Positions 10,688 to 21,194 of a stretch of 64,000 nucleotides of DNA are shown in pieces. Source of the stretch: Campylobacterota bacterium (GTDB taxonomy: Bacteria; Campylobacterota; Campylobacteria; Campylobacterales; JAADDX01); contig JAADDX010000054.1 of assembly GCA_013153685.1 (NCBI GenBank), positions 2,842-66,841 on the forward strand. Direction: 5' to 3'. The notes under the pieces were generated by a model. That model was not told where the DNA came from, searched no databases, and saw only the letters and a list, made by a program, of their open reading frames with translations. The first letter of the stretch is position 1. Every line of letters starts with the position of its first letter. Position numbers and translations under genes: made by a program.

Positions 10688-11323
10688 TTACCACTGAAAC
10701 AAATCTTTTAGTTTCTCTTTATCGACAACTTTTAGTTTGGAGTGTTGGTTTTGTATGACACCCATTTCTTTGAGCTTTTTTAATTTCCTAGAGAGAGTCT
10801 CTGGTTTGATATTCAAAAGCGAAGCGATTGAGTGTTGTTTAAGGCTCTCAAAAGCCTCTGTGTGTTCATAGATAAATTTGGCGATTTTAGTCTCCGTATC
10901 TAAGACGATATTATCAATTACATCTTCCAAAGAGGACATTTTCTTAAGTAGTGATTGCATTATTCTAAGGCATATTGCTTCTTTGTTCATCAATTCTTGA
11001 AATTTACCAAATTCAATCTTCAATACCATCCCATCGGTATTCATAATACAATTAGCTGGATATGGGATATTTATCAGATTTGCCCTCTCAGCCAGTAATG
11101 TGGGTGCACTAAAATAATGCAATACCACTTCTTGTCCTTTGGTATCTATCTTGTATATCTTAGCCACCCCTTTTACTAATAGATACAAATAAGTAGGGGT
11201 ATCTCCTTGATAAAAAACAATCTGACTTTTTTTAAGAGGCATTAGCGTGGAGATAGATCTGATCTGCTCTAAGCTCTCATCATCTAATTCACTAAATAAC
11301 GGTATTTTGCGTAATTCTATCAT
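10688..11323 (-). CDS. Crp/Fnr-family transcriptional regulator (no Fnr-type Cys cluster)
   Basis: 211 aa with a cNMP-binding-like barrel (PLFSELDDESLEQI...YLYLLVKGVAKIYK). The C-terminal HTH is SIASLLNIKPETLSRKLKKLKEMGVI. Confidence 0.8.
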   Translation of the reverse strand: MIELRKIPLFSELDDESLEQIRSISTLMPLKKSQIVFYQGDTPTYLYLLVKGVAKIYKIDTKGQEVVLHYFSAPTLLAERANLINIPYPANCIMNTDGMVLKIEFGKFQELMNKEAICLRIMQSLLKKMSSLEDVIDNIVLDTETKIAKFIYEHTEAFESLKQHSIASLLNIKPETLSRKLKKLKEMGVIQNQHSKLKVVDKEKLKDLFQW

Positions 11324-11344
11324 CTCTATCTCCTCAGTGCTTAT

Positions 11345-11797
11345 CTAAAACCACTTCTTCATCGCACTTTGTGCTTCTCTTTTGAGTTGGGTTTCTTTTA
11401 AGGCTTGTCGTTTATCATGCAATTTCTTTCCTCTAGCCACGGCAATAGTGAGCTTGGCTTTGTTTTTGTGATTAAAATGCAAATCCAAAGGGATAATTGA
11501 ATACCCCTTTTGACTAACTGCTCCGGCTAATTTGGCTATTTCTTTTTTGTGTAGCAAAAGTCTTCTTGGGCGTGTGGGATCGTGTTTAAAATACGCATTG
11601 GTAGTCTCAAGATTGGAGATATGACCTTGCATCCACCAAGCTTGGGAATCTTGGATTTTGATATAGCTATCTTTGAGATTAACCCTACCTTTTCTAATGG
11701 CCTTAACCTCACTTCCTTTAAGCTCAATACCCGCTTCATACTTATCTAATATCTCATAATCATGAAACGCCTTTTTATTACGTGCGACTACTTTCAT
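11345..11797 (-). CDS. smpB: SsrA-binding protein
   Basis: 150 aa with [26 protein letters not shown] and a basic C-terminal tail. Confidence 0.9.
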   Translation of the reverse strand: MKVVARNKKAFHDYEILDKYEAGIELKGSEVKAIRKGRVNLKDSYIKIQDSQAWWMQGHISNLETTNAYFKHDPTRPRRLLLHKKEIAKLAGAVSQKGYSIIPLDLHFNHKNKAKLTIAVARGKKLHDKRQALKETQLKREAQSAMKKWF

Positions 11798-12194
11798 CTC
11801 TATCCTTAATAATACGTTTTTCTATATCATACAACGCGTATCTATTTTGCTTGAAAATCTCCGATGTGGAAATATCAATAAGCTTGAAAATCTCTTCTAA
11901 AACTCTTGCACTTTGTTGTGCACGCTTAATATTGGCTGTAATTATATCAAATATATCGGCACGATTTTGCTCACTTTTGGTAGAATCTCTCAAAACATCA
12001 TTCGTAGCATCTCTAGAATCGATAAGGAGTTGATAATCAATAGGTAGTTTTACATGTCTGAGGCGTTTGAGTAAAGAGGATATATCTTTGTTATCATAAA
12101 CATAACGAAAAATATCCTCAACTACTCGAATCCCTTCTTGATAGCGGTTAATATTAGCATCCACTATCCGCAGCACATCGTTATTCTTCTTCAC
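11778..12194 (-). CDS. Stand-alone ThiD2-like domain protein (this domain is otherwise fused N-terminally to thiamine-phosphate synthase); function unknown
   Basis: [25 protein letters not shown] matches, from memory, the N-terminal domain of some ThiE proteins. The start is ambiguous. GTG 12194 is chosen to limit overlap with the upstream gene; the track uses ATG 12227. It overlaps smpB by 20 nt. Confidence 0.35.
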   Translation of the reverse strand: MKKNNDVLRIVDANINRYQEGIRVVEDIFRYVYDNKDISSLLKRLRHVKLPIDYQLLIDSRDATNDVLRDSTKSEQNRADIFDIITANIKRAQQSARVLEEIFKLIDISTSEIFKQNRYALYDIEKRIIKDRDESSRT

Positions 12195-12852
12195 CCAGCA
12201 TCCCAAGTATTTGAAGTAACGAGACAAATAGATTAAAAAAGTCCAAATATAGTGCTATTGCACCCTCTATCGGTGTTGAATAATTTCCTTGGATGATGTT
12301 TTGGGTATCATAAAGGATAAAGAAACTAAACAACACACTGCTAACTATCGCAATAACAAGTTGAAGTAGTGATGAATGAAAGAAAATATTCAAAAGGGAT
12401 GCTACCACTACCACTATAAGAGTAATAAACAAAATCTTCGACATTGTCGTAAAGTCTCTTTTGGTATTCATCGCAAACAAACTCAAACTCCCAAAAGCGA
12501 TAGATGTCAACAAAAACGCCTCTGCTACAACTCCACCCATCCCTCTGCTTACAAACATAGCAATAAGAGGAGATATAGTAAGACCACTTACAAACGTAAA
12601 GGCAAATAACACAGCTAGATTAATCCCTGGTTTGTCCTTGAGTGCTTGCAAGCCAAACAATAAAACAAATTCCAAAATCACAACACCCCAAAATCCAAAA
12701 CCACTACTAGGCATAAAGCTCATACCTATATAAGCACCAACACTACCTCCTAGCAAACTACCGGCAAATAGCTGATATGTCTGCTTGATAAATTCATTTA
12801 CTCTTGCGGCGTTTTGTTGAGTTGAGATATAACCTCTATCATATAATCCCAT
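12181..12852 (-). CDS. Bax-inhibitor-1/YccA family membrane protein
   Basis: 223 aa with about 7 hydrophobic helices and a charged C-terminus LGEEE, fitting the UPF0005/BI-1 pattern. Confidence 0.85.
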   Translation of the reverse strand: MGLYDRGYISTQQNAARVNEFIKQTYQLFAGSLLGGSVGAYIGMSFMPSSGFGFWGVVILEFVLLFGLQALKDKPGINLAVLFAFTFVSGLTISPLIAMFVSRGMGGVVAEAFLLTSIAFGSLSLFAMNTKRDFTTMSKILFITLIVVVVASLLNIFFHSSLLQLVIAIVSSVLFSFFILYDTQNIIQGNYSTPIEGAIALYLDFFNLFVSLLQILGMLGEEE

Positions 12853-12920
12853 TAATACTCCTTAATTTTTTGCTAATTTTAATAATTATAGATGAATGTA
12901 AAATTAATCTTTTTGCGAAA

Positions 12921-12949
12921 TTGACATTTGGTGATAAAAAAGTTATAAT
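12921..12949 (+). promoter_or_regulatory. Consensus sigma-70 promoter TTGACA-17 nt-TATAAT
   Basis: TTGACA at 12921-12926 and TATAAT at 12944-12949 have an exact 17-nt spacer, 22 nt upstream of ATG 12972. This supports the shortened start of the downstream gene. Confidence 0.55.
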
Positions 12950-12971
12950 AAACTCAAAAAAAGGTTATAAA

Positions 12972-15077
12972 ATGGGATTTTTTATCAAGCTACTCAAAGA
13001 ATTAAATAGTGCAGAGAGTGAGAAGTTTATAGTTTTAGCATTAGCTTTGGGACTAATTAGCGGATTCTTGCCGATGTTTAATGTCGTTAATATCATAATT
13101 TTATTTATTGTTTTTACGCTAAGAGTGCCTTTGGGGCTATATTTATCTGCATGGGGAGTTTTTGGGATTGTGGGATATTTTATGGATTATATATTCCACA
13201 AAACCGGTTTGATGTTATTACAAGCCCACATCTTGCAACCTTTGTGGACATGGCTGTATAATCTACCTTTACTAAGATGGAGCGGATTTAATAATTCAAT
13301 CGTATTAGGATCGTTGGTTTGGGGAGGTATCTTGGCAATAGTGCTGTATATCACAGTATCCAAAATCATCCCAATATACCGAGAGAAGGCTTTTGCGTTT
13401 TTTAATTCTATTTCATACCTCAAATGGATAGTGCCTAAAGAACAAAAAAGAGGGATTATCAGATGGAGCGGACTAGCTGGTATTGGTGCGATTTTTGCTC
13501 TAGTGATTGCGTTTTTTGTGACATTTACCAATCCGACTATCAAATTTATACTCGAATATTCTCTCTCAAAAGCGTTACATCAGGATGTCTATATCAAATC
13601 GGTAGATGTGTCGTTTAAAAACGCTCATTTAACAATTCACAAATTACAAACTCCAAAATTCACAATTGACAATATTTTGGTAGATTTGTCGTGGAAATAT
13701 TTAATATGGAGAAAATTTGACATCGAAAAATTGATTATTAGCAATATCAACATACAAAAAAGTGTCTTACAACTCGTAAAACACTCATCAAACTCGACTG
13801 GCACACACAAATTTGATTTGCATCTCAATCTCCCTTCACCGGCGAAACTATTGCAAAATCCTCTCACAGTAACCCAAAAAATCGCTAAGCTCAAAAAAGA
13901 CTACAAACAATTACAAACACTTATATCCAATATCAAATCGGATATCAAAAACCAAAAAAACAATATCAAAAGTATCCAAGCAGATATCCAAAAATTACAA
14001 CATATTCAAATCAAAAACACAAACGATATCAATAAAATTTTATCGATAGTAAACTCTCTTAAGAGTAAAATCAATGCTATCAACACCCGTTTATCGCAAG
14101 ATAAACAAAATATTCTAAAAGCCAAAAAAATACTTCTAGCAGATACCAAACAAATCAAAATTGCTCTAAAGCACGATTATCGCACATTATCACAACAATA
14201 CAATCTTATCCAAAACCACCAATACCTCCAAGCCACAAATATGCTTTTAAAACCACAAATTAGCTATTATGTCGATAAATTTCATACGATTTATGACCAT
14301 ATCAAACCTTACTTATCACATTTACACACACAACCACAACCGCAATACATCAGAAAACAAGGGATTACGATCAAATTTCCAGATCATATCAAATATCCGG
14401 ATTTCTTGCTATCTTACGGTAAGGCCAACGCTATTTTAGATGATGCAACATTCAAAATAGAAGCGTTCAATCTCACAGATAATCAGTCTCTTACTAACAA
14501 ACCCGCAAAATTGCAGATAAATTCTACATCAAAATATTACAAAGCATTACATATCCAAGCAAGCTATCTTCATAACAAACTTGTAGCTGATACTAGCTTA
14601 GAAGGGTTTCATGTAGATAAATTAACAAAAGACAATCTCACTATAATCCAGCCAATCATTTCCTCACACATAACTTTAGCTTATGACCACCACCTCAAAG
14701 CCACAGCCAAAATTTACATCCAAGCTAAAGAAGTTAGATTCCAAAAATACACTCTTAATAACATAAAAGACTTTAATATCGACGTGCATATTGATAAAGA
14801 TATCCAAATCTCATCTGATTTAGATAAAATACTAACCAAATTTATCTCTCAACAACTAGCACAACAAATCAATGCCAAAAAAGCACAACTAAAAACCATG
14901 CTAGATAAAAAAGTAGCCAAAGAGCTACAAGGGATAAATCCATCAGAAGTTGATCAAATACTAAAAAGCATCACAACACAACAAAGCAGCATAGATTCGC
15001 TCAAAGAACTACTAAAGAAATATTCAAAAAGTTATCTAAGTAAACAATTACTAAAGAGCAATTTATTCAAATTCTAA
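12972..15077 (+). CDS. Fusion membrane protein: TIGR03546-like N-terminal domain plus TIGR03545/AsmA-like domain with a long K/N/Q-rich coiled coil
   Basis: Start moved from 12804 to ATG 12972, with a promoter just upstream and an AAGG SD. The N-terminal part (LLKELNSAESEKF...GFLPMFN...RWSGFNNSIVLGS...IYREKA) resembles small TIGR03546-type proteins. From IIRWSGLAGIGAIFALVIAFF onward it resembles the N-terminus of TIGR03545 proteins. Both family calls are from memory. Confidence 0.6.
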   Translation: MGFFIKLLKELNSAESEKFIVLALALGLISGFLPMFNVVNIIILFIVFTLRVPLGLYLSAWGVFGIVGYFMDYIFHKTGLMLLQAHILQPLWTWLYNLPLLRWSGFNNSIVLGSLVWGGILAIVLYITVSKIIPIYREKAFAFFNSISYLKWIVPKEQKRGIIRWSGLAGIGAIFALVIAFFVTFTNPTIKFILEYSLSKALHQDVYIKSVDVSFKNAHLTIHKLQTPKFTIDNILVDLSWKYLIWRKFDIEKLIISNINIQKSVLQLVKHSSNSTGTHKFDLHLNLPSPAKLLQNPLTVTQKIAKLKKDYKQLQTLISNIKSDIKNQKNNIKSIQADIQKLQHIQIKNTNDINKILSIVNSLKSKINAINTRLSQDKQNILKAKKILLADTKQIKIALKHDYRTLSQQYNLIQNHQYLQATNMLLKPQISYYVDKFHTIYDHIKPYLSHLHTQPQPQYIRKQGITIKFPDHIKYPDFLLSYGKANAILDDATFKIEAFNLTDNQSLTNKPAKLQINSTSKYYKALHIQASYLHNKLVADTSLEGFHVDKLTKDNLTIIQPIISSHITLAYDHHLKATAKIYIQAKEVRFQKYTLNNIKDFNIDVHIDKDIQISSDLDKILTKFISQQLAQQINAKKAQLKTMLDKKVAKELQGINPSEVDQILKSITTQQSSIDSLKELLKKYSKSYLSKQLLKSNLFKF

Positions 15078-15087
15078 AGGAGAGTTT

Positions 15088-16476
15088 ATGTATATTTACA
15101 ATTCACACACCAAACAAAAAGAAAAATTTGTACCTATTAAAGATAACGATGTGAAAGTCTACGTATGTGGACCAACGGTATATGATGACGCTCATCTCGG
15201 GCACGCAAGAAGCAGTATTAGTTTCGATTTGCTAAGAAGAGTGCTAAAAGCAAATGGTTATAACGTAACCTTTGTCAAAAACTTCACGGATATCGATGAT
15301 AAAATAATCAACAAAATCAACACCACCGGTAAAACGTTACAAGAAATTACTCAACACTATATCGATAGTTATCTACACGATATGGGTGCTTTGGGTGTGC
15401 AAAGAGCGGATATCGAGCCAAAGGCGACTGAGAGCTTGGATGCAATGTTTGAGCTTATTAATATCTTAAAAACCAAAGGGTATACTTATGAATTAAATGG
15501 GGATATATATTTTGATACAAGCAAAGATGAAAATTATTGTTCACTAAGTCACAAATGTCAAGATGATGCTGAGAGTAGAGTTAGCATTGAAGGCAAAAAA
15601 CATCCAGCGGATTTTGCTTTGTGGAAAGGTTGTAAGGGAGATGGGGATGTATGTTTTGATTCGCCTTTTGGCAAAGGTCGCCCTGGATGGCATATCGAAT
15701 GTAGTGCTATGATAAAAAAACATATCGCTTATGAGGGTGAATTTGAGATAGATATACATGGCGGTGGGGCGGACTTGTTCTTTCCGCATCATGAAAATGA
15801 AGAAGCTCAAAGTAGTTGTGCATATGGAGGACACTTGGCAAAATATTGGATGCATAACGGATTTGTGAATATTAATGGGGAGAAGATGAGTAAGTCTTTG
15901 GGAAATAGCTTTTTTATCAAAGACGCCCTTAAGGTATATGATGGGGAAATTTTGAGATTTTATCTCATGGGGACTCATTACAGAGCAGGATTGAATTTTA
16001 ATGAAGAAGATTTATTAGCAAGCAAAAAGAGACTTGATAAACTCTATAGACTCAAAAAACGGATCTATGGTTTAAACAAAACAAACAAAGATAAAGACTT
16101 TGAAGATAGACTACTTCAAGCTATGAATGATGATTTGAATATCTCAAAAGCACTAGCGGTGATTGACGAATTTATCGCAAGTGCCAATGACGAACTTGAC
16201 AAAAATCCAAAAGATAAATCACTCAAACAAAAAATCAACTCAAATATCAACTTTATCCATAATCTACTTGGTATTGGAGGTAAAGACGCTTATGAGTATT
16301 TCCAAATGGGGATTGATGATGATACAAAAGAAAAAATAGAAGCATTAATCGCCAAAAGAGACAAAGCTAAAAAAGAGAAAAATTTTGAAATCGCAGATCA
16401 AATTAGAGATGGATTAAAAGAACTAGGAATTGCTATTAGCGATACACCAAACGGGACAATTTGGGAAAAGATATAG
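15088..16476 (+). CDS. cysS: Cysteinyl-tRNA synthetase
   Basis: 462 aa with class I HIGH-type HLGHARS and KMSKS motifs. Confidence 0.95.
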   Translation: MYIYNSHTKQKEKFVPIKDNDVKVYVCGPTVYDDAHLGHARSSISFDLLRRVLKANGYNVTFVKNFTDIDDKIINKINTTGKTLQEITQHYIDSYLHDMGALGVQRADIEPKATESLDAMFELINILKTKGYTYELNGDIYFDTSKDENYCSLSHKCQDDAESRVSIEGKKHPADFALWKGCKGDGDVCFDSPFGKGRPGWHIECSAMIKKHIAYEGEFEIDIHGGGADLFFPHHENEEAQSSCAYGGHLAKYWMHNGFVNINGEKMSKSLGNSFFIKDALKVYDGEILRFYLMGTHYRAGLNFNEEDLLASKKRLDKLYRLKKRIYGLNKTNKDKDFEDRLLQAMNDDLNISKALAVIDEFIASANDELDKNPKDKSLKQKINSNINFIHNLLGIGGKDAYEYFQMGIDDDTKEKIEALIAKRDKAKKEKNFEIADQIRDGLKELGIAISDTPNGTIWEKI

Positions 16477-17487
16477 ATGTTAACATTTCTTAGACTCAAA
16501 CGATCCAAATTTGGAGGGGCTGAAAATTATCTCTCAAGACTTACAGATGAATTATCCAAACACAACGTCAAATTCACTATCAAATATTCTTCCGCCCCCA
16601 AATTTCTACCCAGCTGGCTAAAGATCATATGGTATAATCTAGAAGTATGTCTTGGCAAAAAAGATATTTATTTCTCTTTTGAGCGTGTAATATGTCCGGA
16701 TATTTATAGAGCTGGTGATGGAGTGCATAAGGTATTTTTACAAACCATCAAAAAATCCAAATTCAATCCATTGCATTATGTGTATTTGTTTATTGAAAAA
16801 CGGATGTTTCAAAATGCCAAAATCATTATTGCTAATTCCAATATGATCAAACACCAAATCACTACTACCTACAACATCTCTCCTAACAAAATCATAACTA
16901 TCTACAACGGGATCAAGCTAAAACCACTAAGCAATGCAGATGATATCAAGAAAGAATTTAATATCACAAATGAAAAAATTTTGTTATATGTCGGTAGCGG
17001 ATTTGAGCGAAAAGGGGTAAAAGAGGTGATTCAAATCGCAAGTTATCTTGATGGAGATTATAAACTATTTATTGTGGGTAAAGAAAAACGGATAAAATGG
17101 TATCAAGATTATGCCAAACAACTAGGTGTCAATGCTATTTTTACCAATACTAGAGAAGATGTAGACAAATTTTATAGCTTAGCCGATGTATTTGTATTTC
17201 CTACTCATTACGAACCTTTTAGTAATGTGGTGCTAGAGGCTATGAGCTTTAAGTGTGCCGTTATTACTACGGCACAAAATGGAGCGAGTGAAATTTTGCC
17301 CGAAGAATTTGTTATGAAAAATCCTAAGGATTACAAAATCGAACTACTAAAGAAGCTATTAACCAACCCTTCATACCTCCAAAGCATCAAAGAACAAAAT
17401 TACCAAATAGCATCACAATTTACTATCGAAAAAAATGCCAAAGAAACCCTAAAAGTAATACAACAAGTTCTCAAGGATACAAAATGA
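16477..17487 (+). CDS. GT4 glycosyltransferase, WaaG/RfaG-like (LPS core)
   Basis: 336 aa with N-terminal KFGGAENYLSRL and a C-terminal EX7E-type HYEPFSNVVLEAMSF. The ATG abuts the cysS stop. Confidence 0.75.
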   Translation: MLTFLRLKRSKFGGAENYLSRLTDELSKHNVKFTIKYSSAPKFLPSWLKIIWYNLEVCLGKKDIYFSFERVICPDIYRAGDGVHKVFLQTIKKSKFNPLHYVYLFIEKRMFQNAKIIIANSNMIKHQITTTYNISPNKIITIYNGIKLKPLSNADDIKKEFNITNEKILLYVGSGFERKGVKEVIQIASYLDGDYKLFIVGKEKRIKWYQDYAKQLGVNAIFTNTREDVDKFYSLADVFVFPTHYEPFSNVVLEAMSFKCAVITTAQNGASEILPEEFVMKNPKDYKIELLKKLLTNPSYLQSIKEQNYQIASQFTIEKNAKETLKVIQQVLKDTK

Positions 17488-18347
17488 AAAAAACAATCAA
17501 ACTAGCCCATTCTCCGGATGCAGATGATATTTTTATGTATTATGCTATCAAATTTGGCTGGATTACTAGCAGATACGATATACATAATTATGCAGACGAT
17601 ATAGAAACCCTCAATCAACAAACATTACAAAACATCTGGGATGTAAGTGCGATTAGCTTTGCACTATTTCCACATATCTGTAAAGACTATGCTTTGCTAA
17701 AAACAGCTGTGAGTTTTGGAGAGGGGTATGGTCCTAAGCTTATCAAAAAGAAAAATACCAAACTCAAAAAACATTTCACAGTCGCTCTAAGCGGTAAATA
17801 TACCACAAACGCACTATTATTTAGACTAAAATATCCACATGCCAAAATTAGATATTATAACTTTTTGGATATTGAAAAAGCTGTCTTAAACGGTGAAGTA
17901 GATGCGGGAGTGTTGATACACGAATCTATTCTTAATTTTGATAGCGATTTAGAAGTAGAAGCGGAATTGTGGGATATATGGATAGAATTAGCCCAAGATT
18001 CCTTACCGCTACCGCTAGGAGGGATGGCTATACGCAGAAGTATACCGCTACTTGATGCTATTGAGATAGAGGAAATTTTGACAAAGGCGGTAAAAGTAGC
18101 CAACCAACACAAACATCTCTTATCCGCGATGTTGATTGAGAGAAATTTAGTCAGAGTAGATAATCAAACTCTTCAAAAATATCTATCTTTGTATGCCAAT
18201 CAAAATAGTATCACAATGAACCAAACCCAACTAAAAGCACTTGAGAGATTGTTTGAATTGGGGTATAATGCGGGATTTTATACTCATAAAACAGATATCG
18301 TTACGGCATTGATTCCTAGTGAATACAAAAATATTCGATTTAGCTAG
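17484..18347 (+). CDS. MqnA/MqnD-family menaquinone (futalosine pathway) biosynthesis protein
   Basis: 287 aa with LAHSPDADDIFMYYAI, typical of the periplasmic-binding-fold MqnA/MqnD family. I cannot tell from the sequence alone which of the two enzymes it is. Confidence 0.6.
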   Translation: MKKTIKLAHSPDADDIFMYYAIKFGWITSRYDIHNYADDIETLNQQTLQNIWDVSAISFALFPHICKDYALLKTAVSFGEGYGPKLIKKKNTKLKKHFTVALSGKYTTNALLFRLKYPHAKIRYYNFLDIEKAVLNGEVDAGVLIHESILNFDSDLEVEAELWDIWIELAQDSLPLPLGGMAIRRSIPLLDAIEIEEILTKAVKVANQHKHLLSAMLIERNLVRVDNQTLQKYLSLYANQNSITMNQTQLKALERLFELGYNAGFYTHKTDIVTALIPSEYKNIRFS

Positions 18348-18375
18348 CCTAGGGCGGTTAATTTATTGATAAATA

Positions 18376-18384
18376 TGCTATAAT
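18376..18384 (+). promoter_or_regulatory. Extended -10 promoter TGCTATAAT upstream of aroQ
   Basis: Exact TGnTATAAT lies 22 nt upstream of ATG 18406. An AAGGAG SD lies in between. Confidence 0.4.
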
Positions 18385-18405
18385 TCAAACAAAAAAGGAG
18401 ATTTT

Positions 18406-18879
18406 ATGAAAATTGTAGTAATTCAAGGACCAAACTTAAATATGCTTGGAATTAGAGAACAAAACATCTATGGAGCAATGAAGCTAGAAGATATTCACAA
18501 CCAAATGAAAGCAGTAGCGGAGCAAAACGGATTTGATATTGAATTTTTTCAATCAAATTTAGAAGGAGAGATTGTAGATAAGATCCAAGAATGCCTAGGT
18601 GATGCGGATGGGATTATTATTAATCCAGCGGCATATACACATACATCAATTGCCATCAGAGACGCACTAAGAGCAGTGCAACTACCTACAATAGAGGTGC
18701 ATATATCAAATATCGCTGCAAGAGAAGAATTTAGAAAAAAAAGTCTCATCTCTGATATTTGTGCGGGGACAATTGCCGGATTTGGACCGTTTAGTTATCA
18801 TTTGGGGATGATTGGGATGATTCAAATCCTAAATGAAATCAAAATGATGAAAGAAGCACAAGCCAAACAAAATGGATAA
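18406..18879 (+). CDS. aroQ: 3-dehydroquinate dehydratase, type II
   Basis: 157 aa with [26 protein letters not shown] and VHISNI. Confidence 0.9.
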   Translation: MKIVVIQGPNLNMLGIREQNIYGAMKLEDIHNQMKAVAEQNGFDIEFFQSNLEGEIVDKIQECLGDADGIIINPAAYTHTSIAIRDALRAVQLPTIEVHISNIAAREEFRKKSLISDICAGTIAGFGPFSYHLGMIGMIQILNEIKMMKEAQAKQNG

Positions 18880-19879
18880 TTTTATTTTAAATAAAGAAAA
18901 TGAAATTTACTATGAATGCGGATATAGCTGTGACAACGCTATCTACCTTCAAATCGGTGATGAGAAATATTTTATCACCGATGGTAGATACACACTTGAT
19001 GCTTTAGAAAATGCAAAAGCACAAGTAATCACCACCAAAACCTTACTAAAAACCACAAGAGAGATAATCCTAAAAAAAAGAGTAAAGACTCTTATAATAG
19101 ATCCTTTAAATTGGGATTATGAAAGCTTTGTTTCGTTACATCAAGTCACACATCTTACCAAACAAGCAAACTACTCTCACAAAAAAAGAATCATCAAAAC
19201 CCCTAATGAACTCGATATCATCAAAAAAGCGGTAAAACTCGGTGCGGATGCTTTTGAGGAATTTAAAAACGAGATAAAAATCGGTGATGATGAATACGAA
19301 TTGAGCTACAAATTCAAAGAAAAACTGACAAATAGAGGCAAACGCGAGCTAAGCTTTGAGCCTATTGTAGCTATCAATCAAAATAGTGCTAAACCGCATG
19401 CAGTTGTGAGTGATAATAAATTGCAAAAAAACGATATTTTATTGTTAGATGCAGGGATTAAATACAAAAGATATTGCAGTGATAGAACAAGAAGTATCGC
19501 TATTAATGAAAATCTATCTATGTCAAAAACACAAATATTCCAAAATAAAGAATACCAAAAAATATACGACATCGTCCTACAAGCACAAGAGAAGGCTTTA
19601 AATGCCATCAAAGTAGGGATGAAAATCAGCGAACTTGACAAAATCGCAAGGGATTTTATCACACAAGCCGGATACGGTAAATATTTCGTGCATTCATTAG
19701 GTCATGGTGTAGGGCTTGATATCCATGAATTACCGTATGTAAATAGCACAAACGACACAATTATCCAAGAAGGGATGGTATTTACTATCGAACCAGGAAT
19801 TTACTTGCCAGATAAATTTGGGGTGAGAATAGAGGATATGGTGTGTATCAATTATGATAGTAAAGTAGAAATCCTCTAA
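18872..19879 (+). CDS. M24 family Xaa-Pro aminopeptidase
   Basis: 335 aa with pita-bread metal-ligand motifs LLLDAG...[19 protein letters not shown] and EDMV. Confidence 0.85.
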   Translation: MDNFILNKENEIYYECGYSCDNAIYLQIGDEKYFITDGRYTLDALENAKAQVITTKTLLKTTREIILKKRVKTLIIDPLNWDYESFVSLHQVTHLTKQANYSHKKRIIKTPNELDIIKKAVKLGADAFEEFKNEIKIGDDEYELSYKFKEKLTNRGKRELSFEPIVAINQNSAKPHAVVSDNKLQKNDILLLDAGIKYKRYCSDRTRSIAINENLSMSKTQIFQNKEYQKIYDIVLQAQEKALNAIKVGMKISELDKIARDFITQAGYGKYFVHSLGHGVGLDIHELPYVNSTNDTIIQEGMVFTIEPGIYLPDKFGVRIEDMVCINYDSKVEIL

Positions 19880-21192
19880 CCTCTAAATCCCCATGCTACC
19901 ATAAAAGCCAATATACATAATTGTATCAAAATAAACGGTATTACCCCTTTGTAAATATCAAGAGTTGTCACTTCTTTGGGTGCTACACCCCTTAAATAAA
20001 ACAAACTAAATCCAAATGGCGGAGTTAAGAAGGAGCTTTGCAAATTGAGTGCGATCAAAATAGCAAACCAAATAGGATCAATCCCCAAGCTATCAGCCAC
20101 AGGCAACAAAATCGGCACTACGATATAACTAATCTCTATAAAATCGATAAAAAATCCCAAAAAGAAAATAATCAACATTACCAATACCACAAACAACAAC
20201 TTCGCATGCGGCAACGCCGTGAGGAAATCTTCTACTATAGAATCAGCCCCGCTATATACAAAGACCATACTAAAAGCTGTTGCACCTATTAAAATAGCAA
20301 ATACCATAGAGGTGATTTTAACCGCCTCTAAAGCGGCTTCTTCTATCAGTTTGATATTTAGCTGTTTATAAAACCCAGCCAAAATAACACTACCTACAGC
20401 ACCCACACTTGCACTCTCCGTAGCAGTAGCAATACCAGCAAAAATACTTCCTAGTACCAATATAATCAAAATTAACGGTGGAAATAAAGAATATACAATC
20501 CCTTTGACATCCAAATTCACATCATGCATCGCCGGTGCAATATCTCTTTTGAGATTTGCAACTACCAAAATATACGCAATATAAGCCCCTACAAGTAGCA
20601 TACTTGGCATAATCGCCGCTTTAAATAGATCCCCTACTGGCTGGTTAAACACATCCGCTAAGATAATTAATACGATACTTGGCGGTATAATCTGTCCCAA
20701 AGTCCCACTAGCACAAATCGTCCCGCTAGCCAATCCTTTGTCGTATCCGTGTTTGAGCATCACAGGCAAAGCAATAACCCCCATCGCTACAACACTAGCT
20801 CCTACAACTCCAGTACTTGCAGCAAGCATGGTACCGATAATTACCGTCGAGACAGCAAGTCCACCTCTTACTCTTCCAAATAACGTCCCCATGCTCTCCA
20901 AAAGTCGCTTAGCAATCGAGCTTTTCTCAAGGACAATCCCCATAAAAATAAACAAAGGAATAGCAATCAAAATCTTGTTTTGCATAATAGAATATATCCT
21001 AAAAGGCATCATAGAAAACATACTAATAAATTCATCAGCCCAATCAGCAAATAACACAGCCCCATCTTGAGCCAACTCAAAATACGACGAAATAGCTCCA
21101 AAAATCAAAGCAACCGCCCCAAAAGTAAAAGCAACAGGAAATCCTATTAATAGCATAAATAACGCTACAATAAACATAATCAAACCGGTCAT
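19876..21192 (-). CDS. dctM: TRAP transporter large permease subunit (DctM) with no DctQ/DctP gene in the vicinity
   Basis: 438 aa polytopic protein with the typical DctM N-terminus MFIVALFMLLIGFPVAFTFGAVALIF...IPLFIFMG. Its start lies 2 nt after the stop of the upstream EAL gene. Confidence 0.85.
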   Translation of the reverse strand: MTGLIMFIVALFMLLIGFPVAFTFGAVALIFGAISSYFELAQDGAVLFADWADEFISMFSMMPFRIYSIMQNKILIAIPLFIFMGIVLEKSSIAKRLLESMGTLFGRVRGGLAVSTVIIGTMLAASTGVVGASVVAMGVIALPVMLKHGYDKGLASGTICASGTLGQIIPPSIVLIILADVFNQPVGDLFKAAIMPSMLLVGAYIAYILVVANLKRDIAPAMHDVNLDVKGIVYSLFPPLILIILVLGSIFAGIATATESASVGAVGSVILAGFYKQLNIKLIEEAALEAVKITSMVFAILIGATAFSMVFVYSGADSIVEDFLTALPHAKLLFVVLVMLIIFFLGFFIDFIEISYIVVPILLPVADSLGIDPIWFAILIALNLQSSFLTPPFGFSLFYLRGVAPKEVTTLDIYKGVIPFILIQLCILAFMVAWGFRG

Positions 21193-21194
21193 TT

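Noticed and set aside
12804-12971. A 56-codon N-terminal extension of the fusion protein that overlaps the divergent BI-1 gene start.
   Set aside because: A consensus promoter (12921-12949) lies inside the extension. ATG 12972 has an SD and yields the family-typical N-terminus.
13860-14330. Highly periodic A-rich DNA (caaaaa/atcaaa motifs) that looked like a tandem repeat array.
   Set aside because: It stays in frame and encodes a K/N/Q/I-rich coiled coil within the 12972-15077 gene. I could not define an exact repeat unit.
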